A model generated the notes under the pieces. That model had not been told where the DNA came from, did no database searches, and saw only the letters and a list, made by a program, of their open reading frames with translations. The position numbers and the translations under genes are program-made. A stretch of 64,000 nucleotides of DNA from an uncultured Gammaproteobacteria bacterium (GTDB taxonomy: Bacteria; Patescibacteriota; Patescibacteriia; Magasanikbacterales; GWA2-37-8): contig CAYHBZ010000001.1 of the NCBI GenBank assembly GCA_964355175.1, forward strand, positions 240,523 through 304,522, written 5' to 3'. Every line of letters starts with the position of its first letter. Positions within the stretch are counted from its first letter, which is position 1. Positions 58,801 through 64,000 of this stretch are shown one piece after another.

Positions 58801-61800
58801 AGTGATGGCTATAGCGCCTTGCACACTACACTCGGATAAATTCCATTTCACACCACCAGGTGGATCACACTGTTCGTTCTTTCCTACTTTTCCATCACCA
58901 CAGGTACCCATTACCAAACTGGAAATTTCTTTACTTTGATTACAGATGCCGCTGTCACTATTGAATTTGGAAGCGTTGCCCGATGGGACAAAATCATCAA
59001 AGAGATTGGCTTTGTTTAAAATATTCAAACCTTGACCAAGCCCAATGATTTCCCAATTCATTTTAACTACATAATTATTGGCTCCAGGAACAGTGGATGA
59101 AGTAGAGGTGGCGATATAGCGATAAGCCAAAGAACTTGGCGCACAGGCAAAACTGAAGCGCTGATTTTCCGTACTCCAGCCGGTATTTGCATCATGTAAA
59201 ACACATTTCTGATCAGCTGGAATTTGGGTACCACAATCGGCGTCTTTCACACAGAAAACTCCAGTAGATACAGCACAGGTGCCGGCTATACCAAGCTTAT
59301 TAATAGGATCAACCGGTAAAGAATTGCCTGGACTACTGACGGCATTGGCCAATACGGACCAAGATGGCCAAGTGCTGATAGTTTGACCAGTGAGATAGGT
59401 GCCGGCTTTCAAATCCGGATAAGTAGCGCCATGGGTTTTATAATAACTATCCAGAGCGTTAAAAATTTTACCGGTATCCTGCAGTCTCTTGAAGTCGCGT
59501 TGTAATTTATCTTTTTGGGCGGAACATACCGGTGTGGAGGTGGCCGTAGCCAGACAATCAAAATCCGATACACAGGCAGGAGCATCCGCGGCCGGACCAT
59601 TACCCGGCACTATACAGCGCCTATCGTTTGTCAGGTTCAAATTAAATTTAAGATTCTTTATGAATTGATCAAAAACTTTTCTAGTCTCCTGATTGGCGTT
59701 TGGATTAATACTAAATAAATAAGTATTAGTATACAAATTACCGCTATTAACATTTATAGTAGAGGCAGTGAAATTGAGAGCATTTACATAAATATTATTG
59801 CCATCGCTGACCGCGTCATAGCCGTCTACCGAAATATCTTGCAACCCACCACTAGATTTGAATCCTTGTCCGCCCAACTTTTTATCCAACTCAAACCACT
59901 GTCTGGCAGTAAGATGATTTGGATTGGATAATATTTGTACACCGATAGCATCGCTATTTTTTGTACTAGTAAAGAAGAAGCGTTTAAGGGCGTTAAATGG
60001 TTTGGCCAAAGATTGCTCTACACTAGAAGTAACCACTTTGGTATGAGGAACACAGGTCGATAAAACTTTTACCGGGCTATAATTATTTAGACCATTACAT
60101 TTCATTGTCTTGGTAGCGTCTAAATTATTATAAAAATTACCAAAAGGTTGGTTAGTGCCTAGAGCATCCAAACAATCTTGAACGACATCACAGTTCACCG
60201 GATGATTATTGGCATCAAAATAATAATTAATATTGGTGGCGGTACTTGGCACACACATACCAGTTTTCCCAGTAATAAAGGTCTGCTTGCCACCAAACAT
60301 ACTTAAAGTATAATTTGTACAATCGCCATCAGCAGCACATTGTAGACCAACATCATTGGCACAAGTGCTTTTATCAGGAACAGTCTGACTAATTTCCGTA
60401 ACCGCGTTAACAAAACTACCACTACCTAAAGTAGTAGAAGCCACTTGTACAGCCGGTTTCAAATACGGTAAATCATCAATATTATTTCCCGAAGTGCCAC
60501 TATCAGCACAATAATAAGTACTAAAATTGAAGTAACCGGCACTTACTACCTGTGAAGCCGGAATAGCCGTATTATCAAAAATATTTTGAGAAAGATTAAA
60601 ATTATCATTGTTCCCTACTTTATCTTCATAAGGAAAAATGGTAAACGGACCATTTGTTCCCACTTTCTGTTTGAGCGGTGGCCAAGGATTTTCACACAAA
60701 AATACTATTATGTGAGATCGGCCGGTACCCACCAAACCAGTTTGTTTAGTGAATTTATTATCGACTATGTTCGCGCTGGCATATACATCCAATTCGCCAT
60801 TTCTGTTTTGAGAAACGATATTATTGATACTACTGCTGGTATTATTTACAGTAATAAAATCATTTACTTTTGGGCCCCAGACATAATTCCAAGCATAACC
60901 AGGCACTGATTGAATTATCTGATTATTTTGAGTACGAGCCTCGGCGACCAAAGTGGTACTAACATTAGCCACATTGAAAGCATAATGATCCGGAGCCACA
61001 GTTACCGAAGATACTTCACAAATATTGCCACCAGTAGTAAATTTCCAGCCAAGCGGTTTACCGCCGACACCATTTCTAATACTTACGCCTCGGATATCTT
61101 TAATTCCAGTCTTGAGCACTACTGCGTAAGTAGTATTCACAGCCAAAGCCTTATTTAACTGTAAAATAACTTTTGAACCCCCATTGCCATCTGGCACCAC
61201 CGCTGGAGTGGCTAGATCGGCACCCGCGCACCAAACACTGGCCTGAGCATATTTATTACCAAAAATATTTTTTACTACTGATACCGCTTTGTACCAGATT
61301 TTCTTATACCAAGCCAAATTTTGATTATTAACAGAAGAAGCGATCAGATCGTTACTTACCATTTCCGTGCCGGTTGCGCAGACATTACTCTTGTCGTCAT
61401 ATTTGGCCAGGAGCAAATTACCGGCTAAAGTATTAATATTGATCACACTATCAAAATCAGCCTGGATATAAGTATTGATACAAATATTACTGATTGTTTC
61501 AACGGTACTGCCCGGATAAACTTTGGTCAATTGCGGACGAGCATAGCAACAAGTATCATCACCTACGCCACGGTTTAGATCATTAAATTTACCCGAACAT
61601 TCGGCGTCACTTTGCCAACCACATTCTACCTGGTATTTACCGGAACCGGATTTAGCGTTGGTAGTGCCGGTGATATTACTAAATTGTACCGGCGGCACAC
61701 CGCTTGGCTGACCTCCACCCTCACCAATGGCCAAAACCCACGGATCGACAAAAGTCTTAATTACGCCAACAAAATTCGCTACATCATCACACTGCGCGTC

Positions 61801-64000
61801 TTCACCAGCACCCGCCACACCATCTCCACATACGGATGGCCCTGGCCCTGGAGGCATTGGATACATTAAAGAAGAGCCTTGTTTTTGACCACTATCACTA
61901 CATCCCACTTCACCGGCAACACATCGCACCAATTTCAAACAACGATCATTACAAGAATTGTCATGATTTCCGTTTCCAATATCACAGCCAACATCTTCGT
62001 TATAATCCACCACACCATCACCACAGCGACTAAAGGCTCCAGCACAGGCTTGATTGAATTCTTCGGTAGAAAATCCACCTTTATCCACTTTGTGATCTTT
62101 ACACCAAGCTGATGATAATGATGTGCCGGAATGCAAACAATTAGCATTGCAGTACATGGCCGAAGTAGTAACAGTGGAAGACGGAGCAATTCCCAAATCA
62201 CAATCTTCATCTATTCCCAACAATCCATTTCCACAAATAGAAGCGTTTACATCTTTTGCGTCTGTATTTATCTGTGAACCTTTTTTAGTTTTTCCAATAG
62301 TTAAACAATTCAAACTGCAATTGGCCAATTTATTCGGTGCTAAACAATCTTCACCTGCTTCAATCACATTATTACCACAAACAGGATAACTAGCGGACGC
62401 TGATCCCGCAGGAATATTACTACCGGTCAACAAACAATTACTGGTACAATAAGGATTGTGGCCTTTGGTAGTGAAAGATTTAATCGAAGCAACCTGAAGA
62501 TTGCTTGAAGCCCAATTCCAAGTCGATTTATATGGATTTAATTTTTGACCACTAACACTGCAGGCGTCTGGAGCAGAATATGGCTGAGCGGTAAACACGG
62601 CGCGATCATCTAATTTTTGCGCGGTAAATATTTTTGGTGCTACTTCTACTCTATCGATAGCGCAAGCTTCTTTTTTGGTACGAAAACGCCATGAGAATTC
62701 TTGATTAAAAGGTTTGGAAAAACTAGTGGGATCACTGGCTTTGCCCAAAGACCAAAGTTGCGATAGACCAGCAAGGTCTGGTGAGGAGGTAGAAGACAAT
62801 ACTACTTTATACATAGTATTTGGCAACAAACTCTGACCATTAACATTATTAAAAATTTTTAACCAGCGACGATCGTTGATAGATTTACTATCAATTGATT
62901 GCGAATTAACAGCTACCAATACAGGTGCCAGACAATTCTCATCATTATCGGCGCACTTATAAAGTTTTGCGGCAGTCACTTTATTCTTATCAGACATACT
63001 AACATTAAATGTAGCCGATACGAGCGCATCGGTACAAGCCTCCAAACATTTTGGCTCATAGTCTACTACTTTTGGATTGGACAAATCTATAGTGAGAGAA
63101 CTGGTGCCGGTTTTGGAAGTTACCACACCATTGCTAGTGGTAGCCGCAGTCGCATTAATATATACGCTGTTATCCGGCAAACCAATTCCTACAGTATTGG
63201 CTTCAGAGCCAAACTGAGCCAAACGGTTGCTTGGACCAAAGGTACTAAGACGCTTCACATACTGTGTAACGGCAGGACTCCAGGTCCAAGCAAAACCATT
63301 TACATTCATCATAATACAACGCTGAGTGCTCAAACCATTACCAGAATAAGTAATGTCGTAAGCATCACCGCCGACTGTGTGATATCTGATAGGCTCTTCT
63401 AGAACACTGGTCCAAAATTGACTAGGAGTAACTATTACTTGTTTTAATTTACAATCACCTTGCCCAGCGCGGAAAGAAAAACAGTAAGCCGTGCCATCCC
63501 CGCAAGGTTTGTTAGCGGCCAAATCAAATTGAATGCTTTCATTATATTTATTTTTAGAAACCAGTGATTTTATACCAGAATTTAAAACTACCTGATACCA
63601 AGTATTTGGCGTCCATTTCTGATTATCCTTTAAAGAAATTTCCAGATAATGGTGCGGGGTATTATTGGAATTACTATTGGAAACTTTTAATTCGTAACTT
63701 TTTTGATTAATCTGAGCATTATCTATAAGTTTTTGATCCACACATTTGTTACCATTGATAGAGCTACAAGTAAAAATTTTAACCGTGTTAGCGTTTACCG
63801 TGGCCTGATCTAGTGTGGCGGTAAATTCCACGGTGGCCACAGCTGTCTGACAAACATTGCTAGCGTCCACCGAGCCGCCTGTATTCCAAAGTGTGGATGG
63901 TGATGGTGAAGGAATAAAGTTCCCAGCTTCAGTGGTGGCATCACAGCGCTCTACCACCTGAGGGATAGATGAAATGCCGCCGGTAGAAAATAACCAGACA
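55846..64000 (-). CDS. Giant (>2715 aa) extracellular protein with Myxococcus-type Cys-rich repeats and a LamG/ConA-like lectin domain. The N-terminus lies beyond the window.
   Basis: At least 10 CG(D/N)GxxxxxE.CD repeats (CGDGKVGKNEQCD, CKNGIVEVGETCDEG, CGDGIAQTEFGEECDGN ...). LamG-like block FNGTSNYFIVDH...LHLSS...WHFVAVTVD...GGMDEVQLYGRALS. Frame open to position 64000. Confidence 0.7.
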   Translation of the reverse strand, partial: VWLFSTGGISSIPQVVERCDATTEAGNFIPSPSPSTLWNTGGSVDASNVCQTAVATVEFTATLDQATVNANTVKIFTCSSINGNKCVDQKLIDNAQINQKSYELKVSNSNSNNTPHHYLEISLKDNQKWTPNTWYQVVLNSGIKSLVSKNKYNESIQFDLAANKPCGDGTAYCFSFRAGQGDCKLKQVIVTPSQFWTSVLEEPIRYHTVGGDAYDITYSGNGLSTQRCIMMNVNGFAWTWSPAVTQYVKRLSTFGPSNRLAQFGSEANTVGIGLPDNSVYINATAATTSNGVVTSKTGTSSLTIDLSNPKVVDYEPKCLEACTDALVSATFNVSMSDKNKVTAAKLYKCADNDENCLAPVLVAVNSQSIDSKSINDRRWLKIFNNVNGQSLLPNTMYKVVLSSTSSPDLAGLSQLWSLGKASDPTSFSKPFNQEFSWRFRTKKEACAIDRVEVAPKIFTAQKLDDRAVFTAQPYSAPDACSVSGQKLNPYKSTWNWASSNLQVASIKSFTTKGHNPYCTSNCLLTGSNIPAGSASASYPVCGNNVIEAGEDCLAPNKLANCSLNCLTIGKTKKGSQINTDAKDVNASICGNGLLGIDEDCDLGIAPSSTVTTSAMYCNANCLHSGTSLSSAWCKDHKVDKGGFSTEEFNQACAGAFSRCGDGVVDYNEDVGCDIGNGNHDNSCNDRCLKLVRCVAGEVGCSDSGQKQGSSLMYPMPPGPGPSVCGDGVAGAGEDAQCDDVANFVGVIKTFVDPWVLAIGEGGGQPSGVPPVQFSNITGTTNAKSGSGKYQVECGWQSDAECSGKFNDLNRGVGDDTCCYARPQLTKVYPGSTVETISNICINTYIQADFDSVININTLAGNLLLAKYDDKSNVCATGTEMVSNDLIASSVNNQNLAWYKKIWYKAVSVVKNIFGNKYAQASVWCAGADLATPAVVPDGNGGSKVILQLNKALAVNTTYAVVLKTGIKDIRGVSIRNGVGGKPLGWKFTTGGNICEVSSVTVAPDHYAFNVANVSTTLVAEARTQNNQIIQSVPGYAWNYVWGPKVNDFITVNNTSSSINNIVSQNRNGELDVYASANIVDNKFTKQTGLVGTGRSHIIVFLCENPWPPLKQKVGTNGPFTIFPYEDKVGNNDNFNLSQNIFDNTAIPASQVVSAGYFNFSTYYCADSGTSGNNIDDLPYLKPAVQVASTTLGSGSFVNAVTEISQTVPDKSTCANDVGLQCAADGDCTNYTLSMFGGKQTFITGKTGMCVPSTATNINYYFDANNHPVNCDVVQDCLDALGTNQPFGNFYNNLDATKTMKCNGLNNYSPVKVLSTCVPHTKVVTSSVEQSLAKPFNALKRFFFTSTKNSDAIGVQILSNPNHLTARQWFELDKKLGGQGFKSSGGLQDISVDGYDAVSDGNNIYVNALNFTASTINVNSGNLYTNTYLFSINPNANQETRKVFDQFIKNLKFNLNLTNDRRCIVPGNGPAADAPACVSDFDCLATATSTPVCSAQKDKLQRDFKRLQDTGKIFNALDSYYKTHGATYPDLKAGTYLTGQTISTWPSWSVLANAVSSPGNSLPVDPINKLGIAGTCAVSTGVFCVKDADCGTQIPADQKCVLHDANTGWSTENQRFSFACAPSSLAYRYIATSTSSTVPGANNYVVKMNWEIIGLGQGLNILNKANLFDDFVPSGNASKFNSDSGICNQSKEISSLVMGTCGDGKVGKNEQCDPPGGVKWNLSECSVQGAIAITVLHGDICSKSCQWQVSATSTSCGAKLSKCKNGIVEVGETCDEGVLNGQYGHCNATCTGFSSTCGDGAVDQANEVCDTKSNNYFGWCVDGLMWFMQSNNGTATNDTFCNFWLSSPFLSNDGKLESLNLNKNKYSLKKVDSCASDCQKYGPYCGDGIAQTEFGEECDGNQSCSIADVSGSRLCSNECKWKNNTAILYYKFDDVWVSNVAYVPANNSYVPNSASSTGDNLVPYKAYCSGNGAQGCPIPVPSLSVSKKQAMSFNGTSNYFIVDHQNKFNINELTFSAWINVDPTISDGYHTIVSKENSKDGFGGVAGDGRTYDHNRDYNLYLVKTTSGPEKFVSKLHLSSRVFSNNYSAINSSSVPIFGSNGVDLKMSTNEWHFVAVTVDAMRNTNYYVDGNLIGVGATNGSATLKADHNYPIKLGHDDTSFFKGGMDEVQLYGRALSAIEIKDLYANSANFCELSSAPKEVAIAGSCNNGKVEIENGEVCDKGSENGKPCVSSYNQSCTYCSFDCENVITVNAAGYCGDTIINGPEKCEVDSIGSLVSIATSSGTGNDYVNSKGLSTFNSIYTNHGGYKVLQCYAEFNTTLNATSSYWYSQFLAGDPDAKNNLIGKIGEKSCAANCGIGSNSPIQSSCVACGLSDKGVVVSGGIVNVLDPTGKNPLIAEPESVIPGQHLGYMGLLYPKKDSAITGNAAAYAVAFDRYAFGSEVVSYKFQTDSNSGTVDAKIASNPVCSDTSQDRYYRLSLNADLSKEHLVDFPVFTASAPDSYNLLLSPVIPQNNVNSVVNTVARPNDIRIVVSWVGKDVSQFSAGLLGSDFVPSKWVPNKSNVDGYSSYYLNNDDTVWFHGFGSVPEFNINEEAFTIDTTRMSVSSYAFFVQISSSSLPIAQVGKDAKLKVEIYAAEPQRAQENNDVYRHFARPIKTFYFSQAIPSSNNGAQYWHVFNVLKDNSPIAEYANHFYVGTNLPKDKQYNSVRTDIKLVY

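Noticed and set aside
1-64000. CRISPR arrays, rRNA genes, transposases/integrases, toxin-antitoxin or known defence-system genes
   Set aside because: I looked for short regularly spaced repeats, rRNA-like GC-rich conserved stretches, and DDE/tyrosine-recombinase motifs, including around the GC islands. None were found.

Overview
This is an AT-rich (about 35-40% GC), gene-dense bacterial window. The first 29 kb and the last 17 kb are almost entirely minus-strand genes. From the gene content (fused small enzymes, a bacterial Elp3 homolog, a giant cysteine-rich surface protein, a minimal ftsA-ftsZ division cluster) I infer a reduced-genome lineage of the Candidate Phyla Radiation/Patescibacteria type.

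Positions 1-27.3 kb hold a cell-surface glycosylation island:
- several GT4 and GT9 glycosyltransferases and SAM/FkbM methyltransferases;
- a WbpB/WbpE/WbpD-like trio for a UDP-2,3-diacetamido sugar;
- an ADP-heptose pathway encoded as unusual domain fusions;
- a HAD-UbiA prenyl-phosphate sugar synthase fusion with an SDR epimerase and two GT-C-like membrane proteins;
- two tandem Wzy_C/O-antigen-ligase-like proteins with TPR tails;
- a 1239-aa Thr/Ser/Val-rich secreted S-layer-like protein.

Immediately upstream of that surface protein (27.5-29.4 kb) is an ECF sigma/anti-sigma pair.

The middle of the window contains:
- a divergent regulatory region with twin near-palindromes and a small HTH protein;
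- metK, an amino-acid permease, tRNA-Val(TAC), a GH5-like hydrolase and a DMT transporter;
- a GT4 gene, a bacterial Elp3-like radical-SAM/GNAT gene, a thiE fusion and glyA.

The 3' third (47.6-64 kb) carries pyk, nrdR, ftsZ, ftsA, dgkA and ybeY, then two small thrombospondin-type-3-repeat proteins and a giant (>2700 aa, runs off the window) extracellular protein with Myxococcus-type Cys-rich repeats and a LamG/ConA-like domain.

The two observations I rate highest are:
1. Two ~176-nt copies of a conserved GC-rich inverted-repeat element (29510-29686 and 45486-45661) with compensatory base changes, which is the signature of a structured RNA or cis-element family.
2. Three short high-GC (about 58-65%) islands dropped into intergenic DNA (37860-39060, 40893-41535, 47100-47510). 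Each carries a high-GC3 ORF with its own RBS or terminator; one is bounded by 13-bp terminal inverted repeats.

I found no rRNA, CRISPR array, transposase or integrase. Everything is called from sequence inspection alone, and product names rest on remembered family motifs rather than searches.
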